Shown here: positions 1 through 9,815 of the stretch, piece by piece
Position numbering within the stretch: the stretch's first letter is position 1
Layout of the letters: every line of letters starts with the position of its first letter
Source: Candidatus Latescibacterota bacterium
GTDB lineage: Bacteria; Latescibacterota; UBA2968; UBA8231
Assembly (NCBI GenBank): GCA_965200315.1
Contig: OZ241362.1
Coordinates: 4,704,001-4,768,000 of the forward strand
Reading direction: 5' to 3'
Length of the DNA stretch: 64,000 nt
Notes under the pieces: model-generated
What the model was told of the DNA's origin: nothing
The model's database searches: none
The model's input: the letters and a program-made list of their open reading frames with translations, nothing else
Position numbers and translations under genes: made by a program

Positions 1-1647
1 GGTTTCGAGGGCAATGGGGTTTTCCACGTTCAAGTGCAGGGCATTGATCGACGGTGCGGCCTTGGGGTCGTCCGAAATAAGGCGCAGGTCGAGCTGGACA
101 TAGCGGCGCGGCGAGGGCGAGCTAAAGAGTGCGCCCGAAGTCACATAAGGATCGCTCCAGACGCTCCAGTCCGAGCCGACGGAAATCGTGGTTTTGGTCG
201 GCCCGCGCAGGCTCTTGGGCGTCTTGTTGTATTTCCGCTCGGTGATCTCTTTGCCCTTCTTGTCGAAATAGTGAATATTCTCGACGACTTCATTGCCGGT
301 GCGGCTGCGCAGTTCAATGCGCGTGCTGGGCGGAATATCGGCGTCCCATTCAACCGAGGTCAGGGCCTTGGCTTCGCCGAGGTCGAGGATCGGCGAGCTT
401 AGTTGCAACTCGGCTGGAAAACCCTCGCCGTAGATCTGGAACTCGCTAATCAGGGCGAAGAGGCGGTAGGAGCCATGGGTCCCGGTGCGCTGGCCGCCGT
501 GGCGTGAGGAGGGGAAATACTGCTTGATGTAGCGAATTTTCTGCAAATCGAATTGATGGTCGAAGTTGCGGATAGTCGTCTCGTTTAGCGGGCTGTCGTC
601 GACAAAGGCGATCTCGTGGAAATTCAGGGTGCCGTCCGGGGCGATCGAGCCGTCGGAAGCGAGGAGCTGGTACCAGAAGAAGTTGGCGTAGCGGCTGCGA
701 ATCCGCGATGGAGCACCGGCCGGTTCGCCGATGATGCGGATCTGGTCAATCCAGTAATGGGCTCCTAGATCGAAAATGATGCGATTGAAGATGTCGAAGC
801 CGGTCTGGGTCTGGTGGTAAGTCTGCATGCCCCAGTTGGTGACAATATCGCCGTCGACCATGTTCTCGCCGCCGGAGAGCACGGCCTGCAAATCGGTGAT
901 GAGTTCGATGTTGCCGCCGCGCTCAATGATCCCGAGAGAGATGTTGTCGCCGATAGTGGAGACCGAAATCTCGGCTAGGCCAGCGCCCTCGACGAACTTG
1001 GACAGCTCGATGCGAATGATGCGGATTAGGCCCGAGGATTCCTTGAACTCGCGGACGGTGCCATCGACAAAGCCGCCGCCAATGTCGTCCGAGCCGGATG
1101 CGCTCAAGCCCAAGGTGCGCTGGCGGGGGTCGAGGACGAGCTCGTGGCTCTCATTGAAGCCAACACCCTTGGACAGGCCGTAGCCCAAGGTGCCTTCCAC
1201 GGGCACCAAGGCGTTGGTAAAGAACTTCTCGCCGCTCGACAGCAGGATGGTGAAAAACTCAAAGGGCGGCGCGGATTTGTCGAAAGTAATGACGATTTCG
1301 GAGGCCGTCACCAAGCGGCCCAAGTCGAGCTCGATATAGGCATTTTCAATGCCGTCGGCCGGGTCGGCCGACCAACTTGTCGCCGGGTCGCCATCCATGA
1401 TGTGGCCCGCGTCGCGGGCGTTGCTGCCAACGCTGCGGATGCCGCCGCCAAAGTGCTCGGCATTGCGCACGGCGTCGATGTTTTTGCGCACGGGCACGGG
1501 CTCGATGCGGCCGGTCGCTTGTAGTTCTACAGAGCCAATCGGGTGCGCCCAATCCTGCCAAGCCGAGCGGGAGTCAAACGAAACGCGCTCGCCAAAGGCG
1601 AAACTGCTTAACGCTGTAATGATGCCTAGTGAGCGAGTGATGGTCAT
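1..1647 (-). CDS. Secreted protein, paralog of 4755..7097 (discoidin/F5-8-like repeats); 3' end runs off the window
   Basis: Missing from the ORF track because it has no stop in the window. ATG at 1647 with AGGA upstream reads MTITRSLGIITALSSFAFGERVSFDSRSAWQDWAHPIGSVEL...KNIDAVRNAEHFGGGIRSVGSN, colinear with 4755..7097 (GIDAVRNLSEFGGGIRNAGSN). Confidence 0.85.
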   Translation of the reverse strand, partial: MTITRSLGIITALSSFAFGERVSFDSRSAWQDWAHPIGSVELQATGRIEPVPVRKNIDAVRNAEHFGGGIRSVGSNARDAGHIMDGDPATSWSADPADGIENAYIELDLGRLVTASEIVITFDKSAPPFEFFTILLSSGEKFFTNALVPVEGTLGYGLSKGVGFNESHELVLDPRQRTLGLSASGSDDIGGGFVDGTVREFKESSGLIRIIRIELSKFVEGAGLAEISVSTIGDNISLGIIERGGNIELITDLQAVLSGGENMVDGDIVTNWGMQTYHQTQTGFDIFNRIIFDLGAHYWIDQIRIIGEPAGAPSRIRSRYANFFWYQLLASDGSIAPDGTLNFHEIAFVDDSPLNETTIRNFDHQFDLQKIRYIKQYFPSSRHGGQRTGTHGSYRLFALISEFQIYGEGFPAELQLSSPILDLGEAKALTSVEWDADIPPSTRIELRSRTGNEVVENIHYFDKKGKEITERKYNKTPKSLRGPTKTTISVGSDWSVWSDPYVTSGALFSSPSPRRYVQLDLRLISDDPKAAPSINALHLNVENPIALET

Positions 1648-1700
1648 AGCTGTCGTCCTAAAATCGACATGCCATAGCGGGCTAGCTGCGGGCCGCGTTC

Positions 1701-3500
1701 TCAGTACGCTAGCCCGACCAGCAGCGACCGGTCTTCAGAGCCGGTATCCGTGTCAATGGAAAGCCGCAGGATGTAGAGCCCGGGGGGCGCGATAGAACCG
1801 CTCTCGTCTGAGCCGTCCCAAGTCGCTTGCTGCGGCCCATTGAATGCGCCGCTTTTTTGCAAGTGCCGCACTGGGCGGCCCGCGAGATCGTACACAATTA
1901 GGTCGGCGGGCACCTGCGAGAGGGCGCGTAGCAAGATATAGGACACCTGTAGCTGGTCGTTGACCCCATCGCCGTTGGGGCTGAATATCGGAGGATCGGC
2001 CTGCAATTCGAGGACGAGCTCTTGGCGCAACGCGCCTTGGATGGACAGGCGATCGGCTTGGGCTTCGGGGGTGGCGTCTCCGGCTACCACGTCTTGACCG
2101 AGTTCGCCAGTCTGACTATCGAAAACCTTGGCAAAAAAAGTGGTGCCATAGACGGTCACCATGGCCTCGAAGCGGATGTGCAAAAGCTGGCCCGATTCGG
2201 TAACTCGGTCGTCGGTCAGTTGAATGGCCAGTCTGCTCTCGTCCTGCGCGTCCTCCTCTGTAAAGGATACGGGAATCCCGTCTATCTCGACGCTGTTTAC
2301 CTCCGCCTTAAAAGGCGTTCTGATCTCTACGCGGTCGAATCCGTCGTTGGCCGGGCCGAAAGTCGAGCGGATGTAGTAGGAGAAGGTATTGCTCTCGCCG
2401 AGGGTGACCGTCGCTGGAGAGACTTCGGCCGTCAGCTCTTCGGCCAGCGTCGGGATCGAGTAGTCAAAGGAGAGCGAATCGACAAAAGCCGACTGACGTG
2501 CGTCCTCGGACGAAAACAACAGGCGGAACTGGACATAGCGAAGGTTGCCTGGGGATAGTAGATCGCCAAAGAAATCCTCATAAGGGGCCGACCAAGGACT
2601 CCACTCGTCGATGTTGTCGATGATCGCGCCTTTGTCGGACGAGGTCAGATCGTCGTACTCGTCGGCCGCCTCGGGCGAGCCGATCGGCAAAATGGGTTCT
2701 TCCTGTCGATCCTCGCCCTCAAAGACCTCGGTTTTGCGATAGTAAATTTTGGGGTCGGGCACCGAGCCCGTGCGCGTCTGCAATACCACGTTGGTCAAAG
2801 GGTCGAAGCGGGCCTGCAAGCGAAGTTGGCCGAAGTTGGCCGCCTCGCCGAGATCGATGACTTCGGAGAGATAACTGCCGGTGGGCGCGAAGCCATCGCC
2901 AAAGACCTCGACTTCCTCGATGATGAACTCCTGACCCGAGCGGCTAATCAGGCGAATGAAGCGCACGAACTGGAGGGGAATGCGCGCGTCAATATCCGAT
3001 TCGCTCTGTTCGAGATTGGCACTGACTTGGTTGATGAAGGCGATCGGACGGTCTTCGCGGAGTTGCGCGGGATTGCCGTCGTGAACAAAAAGCTCATAGG
3101 CGCGAAGGAAGATATCGGGGTTGCCCTGAAAGCGAATGCGGTTGATCGGCAGGATCGCACCTAAGTCGATGACCATGGAGGTGCCATCGGGGCGTCGCTC
3201 GCGGGTGACGCGCCAGAAGGTCTCGGCATTGCCGTCGGTGAGCAGGCCGGTCAGGTTTTCGCGCGACTGCGGTGAGGAGATGTCGCCACCCCGCCGCGTC
3301 AGGGTGAGGTTTTCGACGGCATTGGTGGTCGAATCCACCACGGCCGGGAGCAGGATGGATGCGTCGGTGGTGAGTCCGGTCAACTCGCCAACATCGTCCC
3401 ATGTAAAGCCGGAGCCGCCCGCGGTCCACACTTCTACGGCACTAGCCGCTCTAGTGCCCAACAGAATGCAGATCAACAGCCTAAATCGCCATTTGAACAT
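1701..3500 (-). CDS. Secreted protein with discoidin-like region and C-terminal FlgD Ig-like domain
   Basis: Signal peptide, IDLG motifs, and C-terminal PPIFSPNGDGVND...IVYDLAGRPVR...WDGSDESG...PGLYIL. Confidence 0.8.
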   Translation of the reverse strand: MFKWRFRLLICILLGTRAASAVEVWTAGGSGFTWDDVGELTGLTTDASILLPAVVDSTTNAVENLTLTRRGGDISSPQSRENLTGLLTDGNAETFWRVTRERRPDGTSMVIDLGAILPINRIRFQGNPDIFLRAYELFVHDGNPAQLREDRPIAFINQVSANLEQSESDIDARIPLQFVRFIRLISRSGQEFIIEEVEVFGDGFAPTGSYLSEVIDLGEAANFGQLRLQARFDPLTNVVLQTRTGSVPDPKIYYRKTEVFEGEDRQEEPILPIGSPEAADEYDDLTSSDKGAIIDNIDEWSPWSAPYEDFFGDLLSPGNLRYVQFRLLFSSEDARQSAFVDSLSFDYSIPTLAEELTAEVSPATVTLGESNTFSYYIRSTFGPANDGFDRVEIRTPFKAEVNSVEIDGIPVSFTEEDAQDESRLAIQLTDDRVTESGQLLHIRFEAMVTVYGTTFFAKVFDSQTGELGQDVVAGDATPEAQADRLSIQGALRQELVLELQADPPIFSPNGDGVNDQLQVSYILLRALSQVPADLIVYDLAGRPVRHLQKSGAFNGPQQATWDGSDESGSIAPPGLYILRLSIDTDTGSEDRSLLVGLAY

Positions 3501-3542
3501 AGCGCGGTTGCCTCTTGTCCCGATAAACAGGATAAACAGAAT

Positions 3543-3572
3543 AAGGGGAGGGGAATCAATTCCCCTCCCCTT
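3543..3572 (-). terminator. Strong stem-loop, intrinsic terminator or 3' stabiliser of the 3611..4522 gene
   Basis: Perfect inverted repeat aaggggaggggaat / attcccctcccctt, followed on the minus strand by T-rich attctgtttatcctgtttat. Confidence 0.7.
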
Positions 3573-3610
3573 GTGAACTTTACTGTAAGACGAAGACTGC
3601 TAAAGTCGGT

Positions 3611-4522
3611 TTATAGCTCTTCGCCTACCAGCGACTTGATCTGACCCCAAGAGCTTGCCTCGACCGCCGTGTCCACCGCTTCGATCGGCGTCAGGAAGAT
3701 GTCGGGCATGCCGCCGCTGTTCATAAACTGCTCAGCCATGCTGTACTGAGCCTGCCAGAAGAAACCATTCTCGCAGCAATCTTCAGAAAGCGGATCGTTG
3801 CCGTTGGCGTTGAGCCCTTCGTCGGCATCGTCAACCGAGATCGACATGCCGATGGTCTGCTCGGCCGCGAGCGTCCAAACCGTGCTGGCATCCGGGCCGC
3901 CGCTGATCGAGATTGGGTCCATTAACTCGGCGCTGAACTCGTAGTAGTACTCTTGGCCTTGGTTGACGTGACCAGCGTCGACAAAGTCGGTGTGAGTCCA
4001 CCAGAAGTCCAGGGCGTTCTGCTCGAAATTGCCCAATGCACCATTGTACATTTGGACGCGTGAGTACTGCTCGGAGAAGCTCAGGCACATCTGGTAGGCC
4101 GGCTGTAAGTCTTGGTCGTTGGGGGCCGAGTACGGGCCGCCACCTTGGTTGTCGGGATCGAAATGCACTTCGCAGTTGTCATCGCGGAAAGTGCAGGCAG
4201 GGTTCTTATCGACGATCAGGAAGTCATCGTGGACGTGGATCATGGCGTGAACGCGGTTGTTGGCATCGCTCCAACCAATGATCAGGTCGATGAACAGATC
4301 GTCGGCATCGTCGGCACCGCCGGTCAGCGGATTCATGTCTTCAATGGTGACCTCAAAGCTGGGATCAACCCAAGCCCAATCGGAATTATCGCCATCGATG
4401 GTGGGCAGGGCGTTACTGGGGATGCCCACGGCAAAAAAGAGTGGTACTTCAGCCGGCTCCTGCGCGACGGCAGCACCAGCGACGAGCAACGCGCCTAGGG
4501 TCAAAGCTAGGACTTTGCGCAT
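3611..4522 (-). CDS. Secreted acidic CBM9/DOMON-like sugar-binding protein with C-terminal TAVEASSWGQIKS motif
   Basis: Signal peptide ending AVA-Q; PTIDGDNSDW, DDNCEVHFDPDN and IGMSISVDDAD motifs; GAGGAGG RBS. Confidence 0.7.
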   Translation of the reverse strand: MRKVLALTLGALLVAGAAVAQEPAEVPLFFAVGIPSNALPTIDGDNSDWAWVDPSFEVTIEDMNPLTGGADDADDLFIDLIIGWSDANNRVHAMIHVHDDFLIVDKNPACTFRDDNCEVHFDPDNQGGGPYSAPNDQDLQPAYQMCLSFSEQYSRVQMYNGALGNFEQNALDFWWTHTDFVDAGHVNQGQEYYYEFSAELMDPISISGGPDASTVWTLAAEQTIGMSISVDDADEGLNANGNDPLSEDCCENGFFWQAQYSMAEQFMNSGGMPDIFLTPIEAVDTAVEASSWGQIKSLVGEEL

Positions 4523-4754
4523 TATTGAATCCTCCTCGATAGTTATTATAATTGGTTAGGAAAAGAAAAAACGATCCGCCGCAGGGCTTTAGCGGGCGGA
4601 ATTACGAAGCTGCTAAAAGTGCATCAGTGCATCGGTTGGGACTTCGTACCTCCTTTCCTCGGCGATTTTTCGGGATATTTTTTCCATATATAGGCGGGTA
4701 AAAAAATAAATATGAGCTTATCTGTCAACATTTTTTTCCCCGCGAATCTCCTAC

Positions 4755-7097
4755 CTAATAGGCTACGGAAATAAGAGCTTGCGCTTTCTCGTCGCCAGCG
4801 TCGCCCTCGACGAGAACTTCGAGCACGTACAAGCCTGGGGCCACGCGATCTCCGTGGCTGTCGCGGCCATCCCAAATGAGCTTGCGATGGCCGGCGAGGC
4901 TGTCTTCGCCGCGGTCGTACACTAGGCGGCCGGCAAGGTCGTACAGGCGCAGACGCAAGGGACGCGGCGCTAGCACATTGACCAGCGCGATCTCCAGCTT
5001 CAGTTCGTCGTTGACCCCATCGCCGTTGGGGGTAATCGCCTTGGACGAGAAGGACATATTGGCGAGCAACTCTTGAGAAATCGGCAAGCTGACGATGTTG
5101 GTATTGCTCTCGACCAAGTCGGTGGCGTCGCCCGGATCCACGCGTTGCCGCACACTCTTGTCTTGGTCGCTGTCCTGCAAAAAGACGTCAAAGCTCGTCG
5201 ATTGCCTAAATACGGAAGATTGGAATTTTAGCTCAATGAGTTGGTCGGTGCGGATGCGGTTGGGTAGCTGGACGAGGAAACCGCTTGTGGTGGTGTCGAT
5301 CTGCGCGTCGAGTGCGGAGCCGTTGTGCGCGACGCTCGTAAATTGCACCGGTGTGTCCGACTCGACGGCGAGGCGGTCGAATCCGCTGGTGTTTTGGGGC
5401 CGCAAGTAATAAGTAAAATCCGTCAGCATCCCCGGCAGGGCCTGCTGAGGAGAAATTTCGCCGAGTACGCGGCCGGCAAGGGGTTGGGTGAAATTGACGG
5501 CCAAGTGGTCGAGAGATGCTCCCACAGTCGGCGAATTCGAGGTCATGCGCACGTCGATTTCGAGGTAGCGCCGCGGCGAAGGCGAGAGAAAAGCCTCGCC
5601 CGAGAAGCTGTAAATGCGGCTCCACGCACTCCAATCGCCGCCCGCGGTGAGGGTGGTGTCGATCGGGCCTTTGAAGCTGGGAATGAGCTTGTTGTACTTC
5701 CGCTCGGAGACTGCCTTGCCGTTTTTGTCATGGTAAGTATAGGTTTCCAAAATCTCGTTGCCGGTGCGGGTGCGAATCTCGATGCGCGTACCGAGTGGCT
5801 CGTCGCCGCTCCACTCTATGGAGTTGAGGTTCTTGCCTGAGCCCAAATCGATCAAGGGCGAGCGAAAGCCGACCTCCGACGGAAAACCCGCGCCGAAAAT
5901 CTGAATCTCGTCGGTGGTCCCACCCGCTCCGCAGCCGGGGATTCTGCTGGTCCCGCCCACCTCGCCGAGCCGTTGCAAGGAATAGCAACTGGTGTCCCAG
6001 TACTTCCAGAAGATGCGGACAAAGCGCGTCGGCAGCAGGTCGAAGTGGTGATCGACTAGGCCCTTGGAGGTCTGACTCCCTGGTGAGGCACCGGAAAAGT
6101 GCTTGGTCCACAGGCGAGTGCCGTCGGGCGACAGCGAGCCGTCCGAGGTCATAAACTCGTAGAAGCGGAAGTCCCAGCGTCGGCGCGAAACATAGTGGCG
6201 GGTGGTGATGCCACCGCCAAACCCGGAGCGCACCACTACGCCACCGATAATCCGCGTTTGATCGACCCAATAGACCGCTCCCAAGTCGAGGACGATATGG
6301 GCGAGGATGTCGGTGAGGGCCCTAGAGGCCGTGCCAGCACGCCAGCGCTCGTACAAGTTGCCGTCAAAGAGCGCTTTCGCCTTTCCCAAGGGCTGCGAGT
6401 CGTTACTGGAGAGATTGATGTTGATATCAACGCTCCCGCCGCGCTCCAACAGCCCGAGGGCGATGTTGTCGCCGATGGTCTCGACCTTGATCTCGGCGAG
6501 AAGGGCATCAGGTACTAGGAGCAGCGGCTCGAAGCGGATGAATTGGATCGGCTCTTCGTCGATTTGCTCTATTTGGTACGTCACCCGATGGCGGCTGTTT
6601 TCCTTGAAGCGCTCCTTGGTGCGATAGACTAGAGAGCCTTCAATGGGTGCGGCGATAAAGTCGGTTTCTGGTTCGCCGGTCGAAAGCAGGAGGTCGAAAA
6701 GTTCAAAGGGCGGAGCCTCCGCGGCGAATACCAAAGTGACGCTTTTGGCCGAGACTGCGCGGCCCAAGTCGATCTCGATAACCCACTCGTCCGGGGCGGC
6801 CTGCGGGTCAGGAGCCCAGCCGGTCGCGGGATTGCCGTCAATGGCCAAATGAGCGGTATTGAGGTTGGAACCCGCGTTGCGAATGCCGCCGCCGAATTCG
6901 CTCAAATTGCGCACGGCGTCGATCCCCTTCTCAAACCGGGTTGGCTGGATCATGCCCACCGGCGTCAATTCTACCGCACCTAGGGGCAGATTCCAGCCAC
7001 GCCAATCGCGTACCGAGTCGTAGCGTATCTGGTCGGCTGATAGGGGATAGCTACTGCCCAAGACCAAGACGACAGCGAGGGCCGTGCGAAAATTCAT
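4755..7097 (-). CDS. Secreted protein with discoidin-like repeats and C-terminal FlgD Ig-like domain
   Basis: Start moved to ATG 7097 (MNFRTALAVVLVLG, signal peptide, AAGAAGG upstream). AIDGNPATGW and IDLG motifs; C-terminal ITPNGDGVND...LYDLAGRLV...WDGRD...PGLY. Confidence 0.8.
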   Translation of the reverse strand: MNFRTALAVVLVLGSSYPLSADQIRYDSVRDWRGWNLPLGAVELTPVGMIQPTRFEKGIDAVRNLSEFGGGIRNAGSNLNTAHLAIDGNPATGWAPDPQAAPDEWVIEIDLGRAVSAKSVTLVFAAEAPPFELFDLLLSTGEPETDFIAAPIEGSLVYRTKERFKENSRHRVTYQIEQIDEEPIQFIRFEPLLLVPDALLAEIKVETIGDNIALGLLERGGSVDININLSSNDSQPLGKAKALFDGNLYERWRAGTASRALTDILAHIVLDLGAVYWVDQTRIIGGVVVRSGFGGGITTRHYVSRRRWDFRFYEFMTSDGSLSPDGTRLWTKHFSGASPGSQTSKGLVDHHFDLLPTRFVRIFWKYWDTSCYSLQRLGEVGGTSRIPGCGAGGTTDEIQIFGAGFPSEVGFRSPLIDLGSGKNLNSIEWSGDEPLGTRIEIRTRTGNEILETYTYHDKNGKAVSERKYNKLIPSFKGPIDTTLTAGGDWSAWSRIYSFSGEAFLSPSPRRYLEIDVRMTSNSPTVGASLDHLAVNFTQPLAGRVLGEISPQQALPGMLTDFTYYLRPQNTSGFDRLAVESDTPVQFTSVAHNGSALDAQIDTTTSGFLVQLPNRIRTDQLIELKFQSSVFRQSTSFDVFLQDSDQDKSVRQRVDPGDATDLVESNTNIVSLPISQELLANMSFSSKAITPNGDGVNDELKLEIALVNVLAPRPLRLRLYDLAGRLVYDRGEDSLAGHRKLIWDGRDSHGDRVAPGLYVLEVLVEGDAGDEKAQALISVAY

Positions 7098-7290
7098 AAG
7101 TAAGTGCCTTCTTTCGCGCACATATCGCAGAGGATGAACGTCGCGATAGCTTATTATTTTTAATAACGTTTAATACTAAAAATACCCGCGCCACGGAACA
7201 AGGCCAATGGGTTGCCTGCGGGCTGGAGCGGAATTTCTGCTCTATTTATATCTTACTTTCTGAAAGCCCACACCGAGTCCTTTCTGGAGA

Positions 7291-8211
7291 ATGTCCAATA
7301 TGATCGGTCGAATTGCCCTCTGCGCGCTGATCGCCCTGCCGGTTTGCGCCCAGCACGAGAAAGTCGAACGGACCGTCAGCCTGCCCACGGGTTGGGCCAC
7401 CACCATGGTTCTAGTACCGGCCGGGTTTTTCCCCCGGGGCATGGAAGGCGAAGCCTTTGACGAGCAGCCCGTGCGCGAGATTTACCTCGACGCGTACCTG
7501 ATTGACAAATACGAGGTTACGGTGGCGCAATGGGGAGAGTACCAGCGCGACACGGGTGCGCTGATCCCGGAGTGGACCTTGCAGAATACGGCCGCACGGC
7601 AAATCCACCCCATTACGTTGGTGACGTGGTACGACGCCGCGGCCTTTTGCCAGTGGGCCGGCAAGCGATTGCCCACAGAAGCCGAGTGGGAGCGCGCCGC
7701 TCGCTGCGACGACGGTCGCAAGTATCCTTGGGGCGACGGCCTCGATGCCTTTCGCGCCAATTACTTCCAGAGCAACGATCCATTTGAGCGCGGCTTCGGG
7801 GCCATCCTTAGCACCAACCCAGTCGGCTTTTTCGACGGCTCCAATAGGGACGGCTACCAAACGCGAGACGGTTCTAGCCCCTTTGGAGCCTACGACATGG
7901 TGGGCAATGTTTTTGAATGGACCAACGACTGGTACTATCCGAGTTACTACGCCGTTGGCCCAGATATCAATCCCCAAGGGCCGGATGAGGGCGTCGTCAA
8001 GGCCGTGCGCGGCGGCTCGTACGCGGTGGACGCCAGCCACGTGCGGCCCACATACCGAGCGCGGGACGCCCCTGATTTCAAAGGCCCGGACGTTGGGTTT
8101 CGCTGCGCCGCCAGCGCCAGTATAGTCACGGGTACGGTGCTGCGCCGCACCACGTGGGGCGCGACAAAGAGCGTCCCGCTGGCTTGGCCCAAAGGGGGAT
8201 ACAATGAATAA
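7291..8211 (+). CDS. Secreted FGE-sulfatase (SUMF1/EgtB/PvdO-fold) domain protein
   Basis: IDKYEVT, GKRLPTEAEWERAAR, YDMVGNVFEW, VRGGS and GFRCA motifs; signal peptide; GGAG RBS. Confidence 0.85.
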   Translation: MSNMIGRIALCALIALPVCAQHEKVERTVSLPTGWATTMVLVPAGFFPRGMEGEAFDEQPVREIYLDAYLIDKYEVTVAQWGEYQRDTGALIPEWTLQNTAARQIHPITLVTWYDAAAFCQWAGKRLPTEAEWERAARCDDGRKYPWGDGLDAFRANYFQSNDPFERGFGAILSTNPVGFFDGSNRDGYQTRDGSSPFGAYDMVGNVFEWTNDWYYPSYYAVGPDINPQGPDEGVVKAVRGGSYAVDASHVRPTYRARDAPDFKGPDVGFRCAASASIVTGTVLRRTTWGATKSVPLAWPKGGYNE

Positions 8212-9814
8212 ACTGAGACCTCTCGTCATTACTGCCGCGCTGGCCTTGCTCTCCAGTGCTGCCAGCTCATTAGGGCAGGAAAACGACCTGCGGCAGCGCT
8301 TTGGCCTCCAGCCGCTGCCGCCGGTGCCCTATCCCGAGAACAACCCCTACAACCTCAATCGCGTCGAGCTGGGCCGCTTGCTGTTCTTTGATCCCATTCT
8401 CAGCGGAGAAAAGAACACGGCCTGCGGCACCTGCCACCTGCCGACTTTTGGCATGGCCGACGGCCTACCGCTCGCAGTGGGCGTTGGGGGCCAAGGCTTG
8501 GGGCCGGGGCGTGTGCCCGGGGTTTCGGCAATTACCGGCGACACCATTATCACCGAGCCACGGCACACTATGACGCTCTTTAATATCGGCTATAACGGCG
8601 ATGAGTCCGGGCAGCCTTCGACCAAGGGCTTCATGCTGTGGGACGGCAAGGATCGCGGTTTAGAGGCCCAAGCGCTGCGGCCGCTCATCGTGCGCGTGGA
8701 ATTGCGTGGCGATGCCTATGAGCGCGAGATGGCCGTTGACAGCGTGTTGGCGCGGCTGCGGGGGATCCCCGAATACGTCGCACTCTTTGAGCAAGCCTTC
8801 CCGGCCGAAGCCGACTCCGTGGCCCGGCAGTTACCGCGTCTTGGCTGTGCGCACGACCCGACGCCCTTGCAGTCGGTCATTACGCGCTCGACCTTCGGCC
8901 GGGCCATCGCCGCATTTGAGCGCGAGCAGAATACCATCAACACCGCGTATGACGCTTATGTGGCTGGCGACGACGAGGCCCTGACGCCGGCGCAAAAGCG
9001 CGGGCTCGAACTCTTTCATACTAAGGGTCGCTGCGTCAACTGTCACAGCGGCCCACTTTTCACCGATTCGAGCTTCCGAGTTCAAGGGGTCGAGCAGATC
9101 GGACCGGGCCGGGCATCGGCGACAACTAATACCGGCACGCCACGTCCGACGGGCCGCGATGAAGGTCGCTTTCTCAATTCGGGCAACCGCAGCGACATTG
9201 GCGCCTTCCGCGTCGTTGGGCTGCGCCAAATCGCGCAGACGGCCCCCTACATGCACGACGGCGCTCTTGCGACTCTAGAGGATGTCATCGAGTTCTACGA
9301 CCGCGGCGGCGGCGACGAAGCCGCCATCCCCGCCGAGAATATCGATCCCGAACTGGTGCCGCTAAACCTGAGTGCTGAGGAGAAGCAAGACCTGTTGGCT
9401 TTCATGCACGCTCTGACCGATTCGACGATAGCGGTTCACGTGCCAGCGCGAGTGCCCAGCGGGCTGACGCCGGCGGGGTTGGAATTGGCTGCCGAGGCGG
9501 GTCTCGTGATCCCGGTTCCTGCGCCAGCGGCTCGACCTGTGGCCGTGCGGGTGTTCAATTTTCCCAACCCCTTCAACGCCTCAACTTCGATCTCAGTGGC
9601 ACTGCCGGAGGCCGGCGAAGTTGATATCGAGGTGTACAACATTTTGGGTCAGGCGGTGCGGCGGCTGTTTAGGGGCTACCGGCCAGCCGGCGTCTATCAG
9701 CTAGCGTGGGATGGGCGCGACGAGGATGGGCGAGCGGCCGCCAGCGGCGTGTATCTCATCTCGGCACAGATGGGTAATGCGCGCTACCTAGCGAGGATGA
9801 CCCTCGTGCGCTGA
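8204..9814 (+). CDS. Di-heme cytochrome c peroxidase (CcP/MauG family) fused to C-terminal FlgD/CTD-like domain
   Basis: ELGRLLFFDPILS, CGTCH, CVNCH and TAPYMHDG motifs; C-terminal NFPNPFN...VYNILGQ...WDGRD...SGVY. Confidence 0.9.
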   Translation: MNKLRPLVITAALALLSSAASSLGQENDLRQRFGLQPLPPVPYPENNPYNLNRVELGRLLFFDPILSGEKNTACGTCHLPTFGMADGLPLAVGVGGQGLGPGRVPGVSAITGDTIITEPRHTMTLFNIGYNGDESGQPSTKGFMLWDGKDRGLEAQALRPLIVRVELRGDAYEREMAVDSVLARLRGIPEYVALFEQAFPAEADSVARQLPRLGCAHDPTPLQSVITRSTFGRAIAAFEREQNTINTAYDAYVAGDDEALTPAQKRGLELFHTKGRCVNCHSGPLFTDSSFRVQGVEQIGPGRASATTNTGTPRPTGRDEGRFLNSGNRSDIGAFRVVGLRQIAQTAPYMHDGALATLEDVIEFYDRGGGDEAAIPAENIDPELVPLNLSAEEKQDLLAFMHALTDSTIAVHVPARVPSGLTPAGLELAAEAGLVIPVPAPAARPVAVRVFNFPNPFNASTSISVALPEAGEVDIEVYNILGQAVRRLFRGYRPAGVYQLAWDGRDEDGRAAASGVYLISAQMGNARYLARMTLVR

Positions 9815-9815
9815 A

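Noticed and set aside
4700-4728. TTGACA upstream of the CBM9-like gene (also at 43717)
   Set aside because: No convincing -10 element at 16-18 nt spacing, so not called as a promoter.
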